Shown here piece after piece: positions 1-9,213 of a stretch of DNA of 64,000 bases. The position numbers and the translations under genes were made by a program. Below the pieces are notes generated by a model. It was given only the letters and a program-made list of their open reading frames with translations, ran no database searches and was not told the origin of the DNA. The stretch is taken from positions 412,249 to 476,248 of IMG/VR virus record IMGVR_UViG_3300018080_008436. One strand, written 5' to 3'. How positions within the stretch are numbered: position 1 is the stretch's first letter; every line of letters starts with the position of its first letter.

Positions 1-330
1 CAGGTCATAATTTATGTTGTAGGACTCTTGCACTTTTACCTCCCGTATAGGAATTTTTTTGGGCTTTATCTCTCTACTCTCTTTAACTGTGGGTTTATGA
101 CCTTTTAAAGCATCATATTCTTCAATTAAAGACACTGTTCCATTTGACCCATCCGATTCAATAACTACTGTTTGAAATTCTTGAGGGCCATCTGGATGCT
201 TCCAACACTCAACAAAATCTGGCAGTTCAATATCTGGATCGTCATTTTCAGTATTTAGAATCTTCATCTCTGGCTTTGGCACTATGACTCTTTCACATGC
301 CAATTCATATGCCGACTTAATTTTTGACAT
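1..330 (-). CDS. hypothetical protein, 3'-truncated by the window edge (MSKIKSAYELACERV...)
   Basis: Manual translation is open from ATG at 330 to position 1; TGTATAAT element upstream at ~358-365; not in the ORF track because there is no stop inside the window. Confidence 0.6.
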   Translation of the reverse strand, partial: MSKIKSAYELACERVIVPKPEMKILNTENDDPDIELPDFVECWKHPDGPQEFQTVVIESDGSNGTVSLIEEYDALKGHKPTVKESREIKPKKIPIREVKVQESYNINYDL

Positions 331-409
331 AAGTAGAATTTGCATACCCTTTTGTGCATTATACATATTTTCAGGGTATAATTTAGTAAACCGCATAGGA
401 GAACAGACA

Positions 410-733
410 ATGAAAAGATGGGAAGCTGTAGGTAAAAATGATAGTGAGATCAATGAAGATGACATCAATTGGGAGTTGGTAAAAAACAGAGTCAAGTCTC
501 TCCAATTAAACAACAATGGTCAAATCATCCGTTTGCCTGACAATATGGAATATATACAAGGGAAGACTGCCAGTGCCAATCTTATGGGTGGAAAAGTTCA
601 GATTGAATCTAGGTATGTTGGCATAAAAGTTGGAAATAATATAGTTAAGATACGAGTGGATGAAAAAACCAACGATATTTCCATAGAGGTAGAAGATGAC
701 CCCAATTACATACCTAATCCAAAACAGGACTAG
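410..733 (+). CDS. hypothetical protein
   Basis: ORF 284..733; more likely start is ATG 410 (MKRWEAV) after AGGAGA. Confidence 0.55.
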   Translation: MKRWEAVGKNDSEINEDDINWELVKNRVKSLQLNNNGQIIRLPDNMEYIQGKTASANLMGGKVQIESRYVGIKVGNNIVKIRVDEKTNDISIEVEDDPNYIPNPKQD

Positions 734-1121
734 AATTCCCATCAATACTTTGGATGCAAAGTCCTTAACATTTGGTATGGTGGCTCCAAACGAAACGGCC
801 CAAACCAATATCGTACAGCTTTATGTACCAGATGCCGCCGCAATTACCAATATTCGACTTGCATTAATCGATACTGGAGGTATAATGTTTGGATCTACTA
901 CTTTTGGAGTAGATAACAGATCGTTTATCGACAATAATGTAGTACCCGAATCATTTTTTCAAGGTGTTAGCGACAAAAGCGTAAATTCGCCTTACAATAT
1001 ATCAGTAGCAAACCTAAATAGATTAGCCAGTGAGTACATATATCTGAATGTGGATATCCCAATTGGTCAAACTTTTATCGCTGGAACAATAAGATATCAA
1101 TGGCTTTTTGACTATGCATAG
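696..1121 (+). CDS. hypothetical beta-rich protein
   Basis: 141-aa ORF overlapping the previous gene in an operon-like arrangement. Confidence 0.6.
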   Translation: MTPITYLIQNRTRIPINTLDAKSLTFGMVAPNETAQTNIVQLYVPDAAAITNIRLALIDTGGIMFGSTTFGVDNRSFIDNNVVPESFFQGVSDKSVNSPYNISVANLNRLASEYIYLNVDIPIGQTFIAGTIRYQWLFDYA

Positions 1122-1128
1122 GGGTAAT

Positions 1129-3135
1129 ATGAGAGTACAAATACAACCAACAAAAGACGAACAAGAGCTTTTTGAACTATTAAGGAATACAGTTAAGAAA
1201 GTGGCCCCTGGAACTTCATTAAGAGTTGCAGGCGGGTGGGTTCGTGACAATCTTCTAGGGAAGAAGTCAAATGACATTGATTTCATGGTTGACAACATGT
1301 CTGGAGAGCAAATTGCTCGATTAATCACAAATGAGCTTGGTCTAAGTGGACCCCATGTTGTTCAAGCAAACCCAGATGCCTCCAAACATTTGGAAACCGC
1401 TGGAGCAGAAATCCCCATATCAAATGGCAAGGTGTTTGATCTTGATTTTGCCATCGCAAGACAAGAAATTTACCATGATGACTCAAGAATTCCTGAGATC
1501 AAACCAGCGACTCCAGAAGAAGACGCTTTCAGAAGGGATTTGACCATTAATTCTATGTTCTACAATATTATGACTGGAGAACTGGAAGATTTCACTGGAA
1601 GAGGAATGGAAGATCTTAAGAGTAGAACAATTAAAACTCCTGAAGACCCACTGAAAACATTCAAAGATGACCCTTTAAGAATTTTCAGAACTATTCGTTT
1701 CGCTTCAAGGTACAATGGTAATATTGACCCAGAAACACTTTCTGCTATGAATAATCCAGAATTACATAGCGAAATTAGAGAAAAAGTGTCAAAAGAGAGG
1801 ATTCAAGAGGAACTCTTCAAAACAATGAAGGGACCAAATCCTCTGATGGCCATCAATTTGCTGAAAGAAACTGGCATATTCAGAGACATCATAGAAGATG
1901 CTGTCAAAGGTAGTAAATTTGAAGGAAAAATCGCTCCACTTGACATGGAGCAGAACAATCCTCATCATGAGCTAACGGTTTGGGGTCACACCCTAAAAGT
2001 TGTCGAAAATCTGTTGATGTACTATCCAGACACAGATCCTGAGAAACGTGCTATCATGATCCTAACAGCGGTTATGCATGATTTAGGGAAGCTTTATTAC
2101 GACATTCATGTCGATAAGGGGGATCAAACTTCTTACTATGGACATGCAGACGCTAGTGGTGAAATTGCTGAGATGATTATGCGTTACTTGAAGTTTAATA
2201 ACAAAATGATTGATCAAGTCTCCAAGATGTCAAAGCATCATATGAGAGTTCACTTGGTTGAAAATGACAAAAACTTAAGTGGCGAAGGAAAACGTTTGGC
2301 ATTTTTCAGAAAATTTATTAGAAAGATGCTGGCTGAAGGTATCGATGCGATGGACATAATGAATCTTTCTATTGCTGATGCTTATAGCAAAGGTCACAAA
2401 ATTGTTGATCCTTCAGTAGTTAAAAACTATCAACTTTTAAAAACTCAACTTGAGCAGGCTTTGGCTTCAATAAGTGTTGACCAAAATCAAAAGAAAGTTG
2501 TCCCAGTGTTGAATGGACGAGAAATTATGACTATTCTAAACATTAATCCTGGGTGCATGGTTGGTGATGCGACTAGATTTGTTTATGAGTTAATGGATGA
2601 GAATCCTAAAATCACCAAAGATGAGGCCGCAGAAAGATTAGTTGAAGAGTTCGCACACAAAATTGACAACGAAGAAAAAATTAGGCAAGCTTCTGCATGT
2701 CCAAAGCATCTTCTGTTTAGCAAGATTGATGAAATAAAAGAAGCGATTAATGATGAGAATTGTGACAGAGCAATTACAATTATGACCACTCTCAAGAAAG
2801 AGAATGAAGATGACGAAAGTGTATATGCAGAAATTGCGAACCGTATGCTTGATGTCTTGCTTATAGACCGTTCGAAAAGGAACTTTGAACTTCTAGGTTA
2901 TGTATTTGACAAAGCAATAGATAACTTCTTTGATGTAGAAGTTTGCATACCTGTTCTTGGAATCTTGTTACTCTTAAAGACAGGTACAAAAGAAGAGCAT
3001 ATAGAAACATTATGTGAAAGAATGAAGAACATGGCGAATGATAAATTACAAGTCATGTTAAAGAAATTACCTGATGATGCTTATCATAAGAAATTCATAA
3101 AAAGGTTAAAGAATGGAAGATGTAACTGCAAATGA
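1129..3135 (+). CDS. cca: class II CCA-adding tRNA nucleotidyltransferase with HD domain and C-terminal extension
   Basis: VAGGWVRDNLLG..DIDF, RRDLTINSM and DDPLRIFRTIRFA motifs; HH..VWGHT and MHDLGK HD domain; LNGREIM...PG..VG tail; start MRVQ after AGGGG. Confidence 0.9.
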   Translation: MRVQIQPTKDEQELFELLRNTVKKVAPGTSLRVAGGWVRDNLLGKKSNDIDFMVDNMSGEQIARLITNELGLSGPHVVQANPDASKHLETAGAEIPISNGKVFDLDFAIARQEIYHDDSRIPEIKPATPEEDAFRRDLTINSMFYNIMTGELEDFTGRGMEDLKSRTIKTPEDPLKTFKDDPLRIFRTIRFASRYNGNIDPETLSAMNNPELHSEIREKVSKERIQEELFKTMKGPNPLMAINLLKETGIFRDIIEDAVKGSKFEGKIAPLDMEQNNPHHELTVWGHTLKVVENLLMYYPDTDPEKRAIMILTAVMHDLGKLYYDIHVDKGDQTSYYGHADASGEIAEMIMRYLKFNNKMIDQVSKMSKHHMRVHLVENDKNLSGEGKRLAFFRKFIRKMLAEGIDAMDIMNLSIADAYSKGHKIVDPSVVKNYQLLKTQLEQALASISVDQNQKKVVPVLNGREIMTILNINPGCMVGDATRFVYELMDENPKITKDEAAERLVEEFAHKIDNEEKIRQASACPKHLLFSKIDEIKEAINDENCDRAITIMTTLKKENEDDESVYAEIANRMLDVLLIDRSKRNFELLGYVFDKAIDNFFDVEVCIPVLGILLLLKTGTKEEHIETLCERMKNMANDKLQVMLKKLPDDAYHKKFIKRLKNGRCNCK

Positions 3136-3721
3136 AGTCGCTTCATACGTTGAGGCATTAAATGTAGCCAATATGGATGGCGAGATAAAGAAACCAGAAG
3201 TGCTTGGAGTTTTGCAATCTCTTCCATCCCCAAATCACATCAAAAGATACTTATCAAATGAAGAAGCAAGAGTCTTGTTTGAAAGCATCCGATGGATTTG
3301 GAAAGAAACAAGTGGTAAAGATATTAGTGAGACATTTAATTTCGAGCCTGCTCCAGAATCATTGCTAGGAAATTACTGGATGCTAAGGAATGGTCTGATC
3401 TTTCATGGTATCAACCATTATGGCATCATTAAAAGAAATATGACGCTCTTTTCTAACGTCCTGAAGTTAGAGCCGTTTGTACTGCATCAGAAGCTTGCAG
3501 GCATACCACAAGACCTAATTAAGTACGTTATAGACAATGGGGGGATGAGAATCTTCGTTACGGCTGACAAAAGAGCATATTTCCAAATGAATGATCAGGT
3601 TTATGCCAATTGGGGTAGGGCCAAAGTTAAAGGACTGGACTTCGGAAACAAAGTGGTCAAACTTGTTGACCCCACTACCCGATTTGACGGTTGGAACTCT
3701 GGAATTACCTTAAAACTCTAG
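3113..3721 (+). CDS. hypothetical protein
   Basis: 202-aa ORF overlapping the cca stop. Confidence 0.7.
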   Translation: MEDVTANEVASYVEALNVANMDGEIKKPEVLGVLQSLPSPNHIKRYLSNEEARVLFESIRWIWKETSGKDISETFNFEPAPESLLGNYWMLRNGLIFHGINHYGIIKRNMTLFSNVLKLEPFVLHQKLAGIPQDLIKYVIDNGGMRIFVTADKRAYFQMNDQVYANWGRAKVKGLDFGNKVVKLVDPTTRFDGWNSGITLKL

Positions 3722-5475
3722 TTCATAAAGAACGGGTCATCATCATCGTCGTCGTCATCAAATTCTACAGGTGGCAGATCTTCCTCAGGATGTTTTCTCT
3801 TAGGTGGCAATGGTTCGTCTTTCGTTGAAGGGCCAAACAATGATGCAAGTTCTGCTTCAAAATCTACATCATCCCATATCAACTCATCAAGATCTTCTTC
3901 TGCACCAGGAGAAAGTGGGTCTGATGGATCAACTTCTGCACCATCGATAGCATCTCCAGTACCTTCATCAATGTCACCAGCATCTTTGTCTTCTTCATCT
4001 GTTTCGGTTTCCCAGAAACCAGTTTCATCCAACTGATCTTTGAATCGATTCAGAATTTCTTTCGCTTCTTCTTGATCACTAATAATATAACTTGATGCTT
4101 CGAAAAGCTCTTGTACTGGTCCAGCACCCATATATCCAACCAATCCTAATCCAACGATATCTTCTGGTTTACATTGCATGAATCTTCTGAAGTTCTCAGG
4201 ACCAATCTGCATTTGCATTTGCTCATTTACCAATTCATCTGATTCTTTTAGAATGGCAATCGCCTCTTCCATCTCCAAAGGACGTTGTCCTCTGCTTGCT
4301 CTAGACTCATTGTCCAATTGGTGATCAGTTGCTTTTGAGAAAATACCCTTGGTAAGTTCCTGACAAATAATAATAAAGTTCATACCTTGAGCTACAGTGT
4401 TACCTTCATCATCATTATGACTCCAACCAGTTCCTTTTTGGCCTAACTGATCAGCCATCATCCTAACCATCTCTGGATCGATGTAATAAAAATGCTGACA
4501 CATCAAATTAGAGAACTTTTCATAAAGTCCTAAGAGTTGAGGATTAATGTCATTGATCGCACCTTGGACTTCTTCCATCTCAGTTACATCAAATAATTCA
4601 TTAAGTCCTGCGCCTTGAGCCAATGAATTCATGATGATGCGTTTGTTAATTTCACCTTCAAGTTCTGGAGTTATTTCAATATCTACTTCTGGGAAGTCTT
4701 CTTCACCTGAAGGACCCATCTCTTCCATATATTTGATTTCTAACTCATCCCTATCAACATTCCATTTACGAGAGATAACGTCTTTTGCGAGGTCCATCAA
4801 CTGCTCTTCATTTCCTTGTTCCAAAGCTTGGATTTCTCTAAGGAGTCCAAGAATCTGCATCATAACTTGTTGAATGTTAGTGTTTACAGGGATATCCTTC
4901 TCTTCTGCAATATTCGTAATATATTCATAGTTTGCGCGAGCTAGTTCATCACCATAATGAGAAAGCACTGGATTTTGAGAAAGGATATTGTTTTGAGGAA
5001 TATCTTGCCAGAAATTTCTTACACCTCTTTGTACTGAGGCATCGTAATCAGCGGCGGCGACCTTCTGTTCAAGAAGACGGATTTCGTAACCACTTATCTT
5101 TTTTTTTAACTCCGAAGTAATGGTCGGCAAGTTATCAGGGGATACTTGTGCGGCCAATGGAAGATCTTCTTCTGGTTCTTCAGCTTTAGGTTTTGGTTGT
5201 ACGATAGGTTTAGGATTACGTGGTCTTCTTTTCCCAGGTTTTCCAGGCTTAGTCTTTTCTCCTGGTGTAGTTCTGGGTTTGGTTGTTGGAGCGGCTGGAG
5301 CAGGTCCTGATCTTTCGGTTGATGGAGCAGGTTCAGCTTCTCTTACCATATCTTCTGCTTGAACAACTAAATTGCCATCTTCGTCTAGCCATCCAGCTTT
5401 TTTACCAAATTCTTCCCAATCTTTTTGAGACAATTTAACGGTCTTTTTGCCATTGGCGTTTTTTATAATTTTCAT
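3718..5475 (-). CDS. acidic hypothetical protein with shared N-terminal leader module; candidate internal virion protein
   Basis: 585 aa; begins MKIIKNANGKKTVKLSQKDWEEFGKKAGWL; AGG-N19-GAA motif upstream. Confidence 0.75.
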   Translation of the reverse strand: MKIIKNANGKKTVKLSQKDWEEFGKKAGWLDEDGNLVVQAEDMVREAEPAPSTERSGPAPAAPTTKPRTTPGEKTKPGKPGKRRPRNPKPIVQPKPKAEEPEEDLPLAAQVSPDNLPTITSELKKKISGYEIRLLEQKVAAADYDASVQRGVRNFWQDIPQNNILSQNPVLSHYGDELARANYEYITNIAEEKDIPVNTNIQQVMMQILGLLREIQALEQGNEEQLMDLAKDVISRKWNVDRDELEIKYMEEMGPSGEEDFPEVDIEITPELEGEINKRIIMNSLAQGAGLNELFDVTEMEEVQGAINDINPQLLGLYEKFSNLMCQHFYYIDPEMVRMMADQLGQKGTGWSHNDDEGNTVAQGMNFIIICQELTKGIFSKATDHQLDNESRASRGQRPLEMEEAIAILKESDELVNEQMQMQIGPENFRRFMQCKPEDIVGLGLVGYMGAGPVQELFEASSYIISDQEEAKEILNRFKDQLDETGFWETETDEEDKDAGDIDEGTGDAIDGAEVDPSDPLSPGAEEDLDELIWDDVDFEAELASLFGPSTKDEPLPPKRKHPEEDLPPVEFDDDDDDDDPFFMN

Positions 5476-5511
5476 AATATCAATATCCTCTAAAAACTAA
5501 TTGATGTTTAA

Positions 5512-5536
5512 TTCCAATTAAGGTAGTAATAATCCT
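5512..5536 (-). promoter_or_regulatory. AGG-N19-GAA putative phage late promoter
   Basis: AGG attattactaccttaattg GAATTA on the minus strand; same spacing recurs at 16 other sites. Confidence 0.7.
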
Positions 5537-5537
5537 T

Positions 5538-6488
5538 TTATGGATTTACTTCTAGCCCCATTCTTGCATATTCTTCTAGATTTATCGCTGGATTTGAGGC
5601 TTTGACTTTTACAAAAGTCGAATGGTCACATTCTTTCCACAAATCTTCTCTATCCTCTCCCCCTTCAAAGATTATCATATCATAATCTATGTGTGCGGGA
5701 GTCATCCACTCTCCATTATGCCAAATCTGGAAATCCACATCTGCATCTCTATATTGGTTCAACTTGTTGATATGGACTTCTGCATAAAGGAAATCTGGTG
5801 GTTTTTCAATTTTTAATGTATATTTATTATAGCCTGCTGGGACTATCCAAGGGTTTTGGAAAACAAAATACAAATCTTTTGAAACTTTTAACAAATCACC
5901 TCTTTGTTGAACCCAATTCCCCTTTTCATACCAATTCTTATTTTGAGAGAATGAAACAATTCCCCTTCTAACAACATTTTGCTTATCCTTATATGTCCCA
6001 TAATATCCTGATTTAGCAATGGGACTGTAAAAAGTCAGATGACTTCCATCGGCCTCCACTTGTCTTCGAGCGTTATTAAAGGCTCTAACTTCTTCATCTT
6101 CCTCTTCTTCAATAGGATCAGCTTCTTGAGGAGCGTTCGGATCAGCTTCTTGAGGAGCGTTCGGATCAGCTTCTTGAGGAGCGTTCGGATCTATCCCTGC
6201 CAGAAGTTGAGCATTTCGTTCTCTCTCCAATAATTCAAAAAGATCATCTGGTTCATCTATGTCTGGAATTTTCATTTTTCCATCTTTCAACGCATCGTCT
6301 ATTTGTTCTGGAGTTAGAGGTTTTTTATAACCTTTTATCTTCCCTTGTTTATCAAGTACTGGTTGCCTTTCTTCTTGCGTCCAGCCTATTTCTTTTAGCC
6401 TATTCTGATATTCTTTACATTCTATATAGTCTGCTCTTTGAGCCTCTTTAAGAAAAGAATAAAATTCAAATTGCTTGTACCAACTCAT
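5538..6488 (-). CDS. hypothetical protein with WY-type leader (MSWYKQ...LKEAQ) and DPNAPQEA repeats
   Basis: 316-aa ORF with AGGAGA SD. Confidence 0.75.
   Translation of the reverse strand: MSWYKQFEFYSFLKEAQRADYIECKEYQNRLKEIGWTQEERQPVLDKQGKIKGYKKPLTPEQIDDALKDGKMKIPDIDEPDDLFELLERERNAQLLAGIDPNAPQEADPNAPQEADPNAPQEADPIEEEEDEEVRAFNNARRQVEADGSHLTFYSPIAKSGYYGTYKDKQNVVRRGIVSFSQNKNWYEKGNWVQQRGDLLKVSKDLYFVFQNPWIVPAGYNKYTLKIEKPPDFLYAEVHINKLNQYRDADVDFQIWHNGEWMTPAHIDYDMIIFEGGEDREDLWKECDHSTFVKVKASNPAINLEEYARMGLEVNP
6115..6191. repeat. 3 x 24-bp perfect coding tandem repeat (DPNAPQEA)
   Basis: ggatcagcttcttgaggagcgttc x3. Confidence 0.9.
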
Positions 6489-6504
6489 AGAATCTCCTAA
6501 AAAC

Positions 6505-6912
6505 TTATAACATCATTAAATCACTAAAATCTGTATCTTCTCTTTCAGGTGGGTTACAAAGTTCCTCAAGCTGTTCTACAGAAAGGCTTGGCTTAATATT
6601 GTCAAGTCCTCTGAACTCAACAACTTGATCGGTCCCCTTGTTTTTAAGAACTATGGCGTAAAGATCTCCACTAATGAAGTAAACGGATATATCATTTCTA
6701 GCAAGATATTCTCTGGCATAAGATTCTGACTGGACACTCCAACCACCTTCTTGACCCAGTTCCATTAGTCTTTTTACACCTGTAACATCTTCTTTCGTAA
6801 AATTGAAGTTTCTGTTTGCAGTTTTTAGCCAACCAGATTTCTGACCCATGACCAACCACTCTTTTTTAGACATTTGAACTGTTGTCTTTCCAGCTTTTCT
6901 AACTAGTTTCAT
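6505..6912 (-). CDS. hypothetical protein with shared N-terminal leader module
   Basis: MKLVRKAGKTTVQMSKKEWLVMGQKSGWLKTA. Confidence 0.75.
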   Translation of the reverse strand: MKLVRKAGKTTVQMSKKEWLVMGQKSGWLKTANRNFNFTKEDVTGVKRLMELGQEGGWSVQSESYAREYLARNDISVYFISGDLYAIVLKNKGTDQVVEFRGLDNIKPSLSVEQLEELCNPPEREDTDFSDLMML

Positions 6913-6915
6913 TAT

Positions 6916-7197
6916 TTACTCCTCAACATTAGCAACATCTTTTTCAGATGGTGCTTGGCCATGTTCCAGATGCATTTTCATTGCATCACGTAGCTTGAAT
7001 TTATCTGTATATCTAACAGTAATTACTCCACCTGGATAAATGAGGTCCCAGCAGATTTCACCATCACAATCTTTATTCCTAATCATCCCTCCAGCATCAC
7101 GCCATCTGTCGATTAGTTCTTCCATTTCTCTTCTAAAAACAAAGACATCATTCTCTCTTTGTAAAAATGGCATCGCTATTTTAATAATCTTCATCAA
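6916..7197 (-). CDS. hypothetical protein with MKIIKIA leader
   Basis: 93-aa ORF; promoter motif at 7230-7254. Confidence 0.65.
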   Translation of the reverse strand: MMKIIKIAMPFLQRENDVFVFRREMEELIDRWRDAGGMIRNKDCDGEICWDLIYPGGVITVRYTDKFKLRDAMKMHLEHGQAPSEKDVANVEE

Positions 7198-7229
7198 ATA
7201 TCCCCAAATGAATTGCTTATTCTAATTTA

Positions 7230-7254
7230 TTCTTCAATATCAACCATCTAACCT
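7230..7254 (-). promoter_or_regulatory. AGG-N19-GAA putative late promoter
   Basis: AGG ttagatggttgatattgaa GAATAA. Confidence 0.65.
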
Positions 7255-7264
7255 TCATTAACAC

Positions 7265-7291
7265 AAAAAAAGCCCCTTGATTTCAAGGGGC
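7265..7291 (-). terminator. rho-independent terminator
   Basis: GCCCCTTG/CAAGGGGC stem followed by a U-tract on the minus strand. Confidence 0.8.
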
Positions 7292-7371
7292 AGAAATAAT
7301 GCTCTGTCATTCAGGGAAGCAAAAATAATGCCTTATTCCCAAACAGCATCCATAAGTTCATATATTTATTT

Positions 7372-7947
7372 TTATTTATTCTCGCAGACATCTATTAACT
7401 CATAGATTAAATCTTTTTGATCATCTGTGAATTTCCATCGGACATTAACATTTTTGTCTGCCCAGTCTTTTGCGCTATTACCTTTCTCTTGCCCCATACT
7501 GACCCAATCAGCCACCATTTCAGCTATGTCAATGTCCCCCATCTTAGTGCCATCAATCATTTTTTCGGGTGGTTTGTCTCTATCATTTCTGTTGATGAGA
7601 TCGACCGTTTCAGATGAATGAAACTCTGGATGATGCCTATTACTTTTTACATGATGCTCAGTAGCTTTATTCATCTTTTCATCCATCCCATCTGGCGGTT
7701 CCCAGTCTACACCATCATCTTTGCATTTATAACTCCATGTTACATAAAGATATGGTTCATACTCTGGATCTTCAAATTTACTATCGTCATGATGACTGGC
7801 CTGTTCGATAAGGTCTTCGAATTTGTCATCGTAGTCAGCAATCTTTTTGCAGTATTTCTGAACTCGCTTGATATGTTCTCTAGTTCTTTTTTCAAAGAAC
7901 TCTTCTATTTCTTTCTTCTCACTTTTCGCTGTCCTGATTAATTTCAT
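7372..7947 (-). CDS. HD-like phosphohydrolase (DUF5662-like) with MKLIRTA leader
   Basis: RTREHI..V, HHDDSKF, HHVKSNRHHPEFH and EMVADW motifs; start 7947 after GGAGG. Confidence 0.65.
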   Translation of the reverse strand: MKLIRTAKSEKKEIEEFFEKRTREHIKRVQKYCKKIADYDDKFEDLIEQASHHDDSKFEDPEYEPYLYVTWSYKCKDDGVDWEPPDGMDEKMNKATEHHVKSNRHHPEFHSSETVDLINRNDRDKPPEKMIDGTKMGDIDIAEMVADWVSMGQEKGNSAKDWADKNVNVRWKFTDDQKDLIYELIDVCENK

Positions 7948-7965
7948 TGTAATACCTCCATGATT

Positions 7966-8001
7966 ATTATACAAAAAACCCCTTGTAGAGACAAGGGGTT
8001 T
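7966..8001 (-). promoter_or_regulatory. terminator hairpin with an embedded sigma70-type promoter (TTGTCT-17-TATAAT)
   Basis: AACCCCTTGT/ACAAGGGGTT stem plus U-tract; -35 at 7989-7994, -10 at 7966-7971. Confidence 0.7.
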
Positions 8002-8018
8002 AGATGTACACAGAAAGC

Positions 8019-8333
8019 TTATTTTTCTGGTTTGGGTTGTGGAGGTTGGGGTCTGCCTTTTCCATGGCCTCTCATGCCTTTTCCAGGGCCATTACCATGT
8101 CTTCCCCTCATGCCTTCACGATGACGCTTCATCCTTTCTTTCATCATAGCAGTTAACTCTGAACGATCTAACTTACCATCTTTGTCAACGTCAAAGTTTT
8201 CCATGACTCTGTCCAATACCTTTTCCAAACACTTCTCTGGACTTGGACGTTCAGGGCGTTCGGGTCTCTCGGTTTCTTGGGCTGAAAGAGTGCAGGCAAA
8301 AACTAGGGCGAGTAATACGATTAATGCTTTCAT
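8019..8333 (-). CDS. secreted EF-hand protein
   Basis: Signal peptide MKALIVLLALVFACTLSA; EF-hand loop FDVDKDGKLDRSEL; Gly/Pro/Arg-rich tail; start 8333 after AAGGAG. Confidence 0.75.
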   Translation of the reverse strand: MKALIVLLALVFACTLSAQETERPERPERPSPEKCLEKVLDRVMENFDVDKDGKLDRSELTAMMKERMKRHREGMRGRHGNGPGKGMRGHGKGRPQPPQPKPEK

Positions 8334-8370
8334 AATAAGATCTCCTTTATTAAGCAATGAATTTGTTAAC

Positions 8371-8385
8371 GCAAGTGCTGTGCCA
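8371..8385 (-). promoter_or_regulatory. sigma54 (RpoN) -24/-12 promoter
   Basis: TGGCAC-AGCAC-TTGC matches the -24/-12 consensus spacing, 38 nt upstream of the EF-hand start. Confidence 0.7.
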
Positions 8386-8459
8386 AATGTTTTATTGGGT
8401 AAATGGTCACTATAGTGCGCAAATATTAGAATTTTGGTAAAAATAGTGCGCAAAATATG

Positions 8460-8795
8460 CTATCTAAACTCATTTCCCCATTTGTCGAGGTTTTCGTATG
8501 GTATTGTAAACAAATAATCTTCAACTTTGCTTGAACGTGTCCCAAAAGAGACATCATAATATATCCCATCACATTTGACTAAAGCGTGGTTAACTCCATC
8601 CTTTCTACAAACAACAACATCTGCTTTGTATCCCGCTTCTCTTAATGCTTTGCAATACCTTCCACACAGATTACTGCAATCATTGGCATTGGGAATCTTC
8701 TTTTCTTTATTAAGTGACCAGAAAATATCTGGTAATGGTATTTTTTGAAAATTTAGTAATTTGTATAAGAACGATTTGAACCATTTCATGATCAC
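8460..8795 (-). CDS. small transglutaminase/papain-fold-like protein
   Basis: DCSN...NHALV...YYDV putative Cys-His-Asp arrangement. Confidence 0.5.
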   Translation of the reverse strand: MIMKWFKSFLYKLLNFQKIPLPDIFWSLNKEKKIPNANDCSNLCGRYCKALREAGYKADVVVCRKDGVNHALVKCDGIYYDVSFGTRSSKVEDYLFTIPYENLDKWGNEFR

Positions 8796-9212
8796 TTAAC
8801 ATTCGTATGATGTCCTCTTTTCATACTCTGGGCTTCTAGAATAGCTCGTTATAAATACATCAGGGTAATTAGCACCGAATTGATCTGCCGTAATGTCAAT
8901 TATTACCTTATTGTTTAATTCAACCCAGCAATGGTAACTCTTCATACAGTTCCCGCAAACTTTTTTGGCATCGAACCCTCTTTTATTAAGTTCTGCGCAC
9001 AATTCTTCGCTCATCATTTCACAGAATGGAGGAGATAGGAATTTTCCCCCGCTAAGAATTTCGTCTAACCGTTCTCTTTTTTCATCATCGTTGTCATAAT
9101 CTTCATTAACTTCTTCAAGTAGCTCTGAAACATATTCATCCATCATTCTTTCTCTGATCTCTGAAGCGATCTCAAAAATAATCCCCATTCTTGCTACTTT
9201 AATGATTTTCAT
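8796..9212 (-). CDS. transglutaminase/papain-fold-like protein (DITADQF family) with MKIIKVA leader
   Basis: FCEMMS...YHCWVEL...IIDITADQF; start reassigned to 9212. Confidence 0.6.
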   Translation of the reverse strand: MKIIKVARMGIIFEIASEIRERMMDEYVSELLEEVNEDYDNDDEKRERLDEILSGGKFLSPPFCEMMSEELCAELNKRGFDAKKVCGNCMKSYHCWVELNNKVIIDITADQFGANYPDVFITSYSRSPEYEKRTSYEC

Positions 9213-9213
9213 A

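Noticed and set aside
284-409. Upstream-extended starts in the ORF track (284, 7974, 8453, 9272, 37054, 42066, 52384)
   Set aside because: The extensions overlap other genes, promoters or terminators; downstream ATGs have SD sites or the conserved leader.
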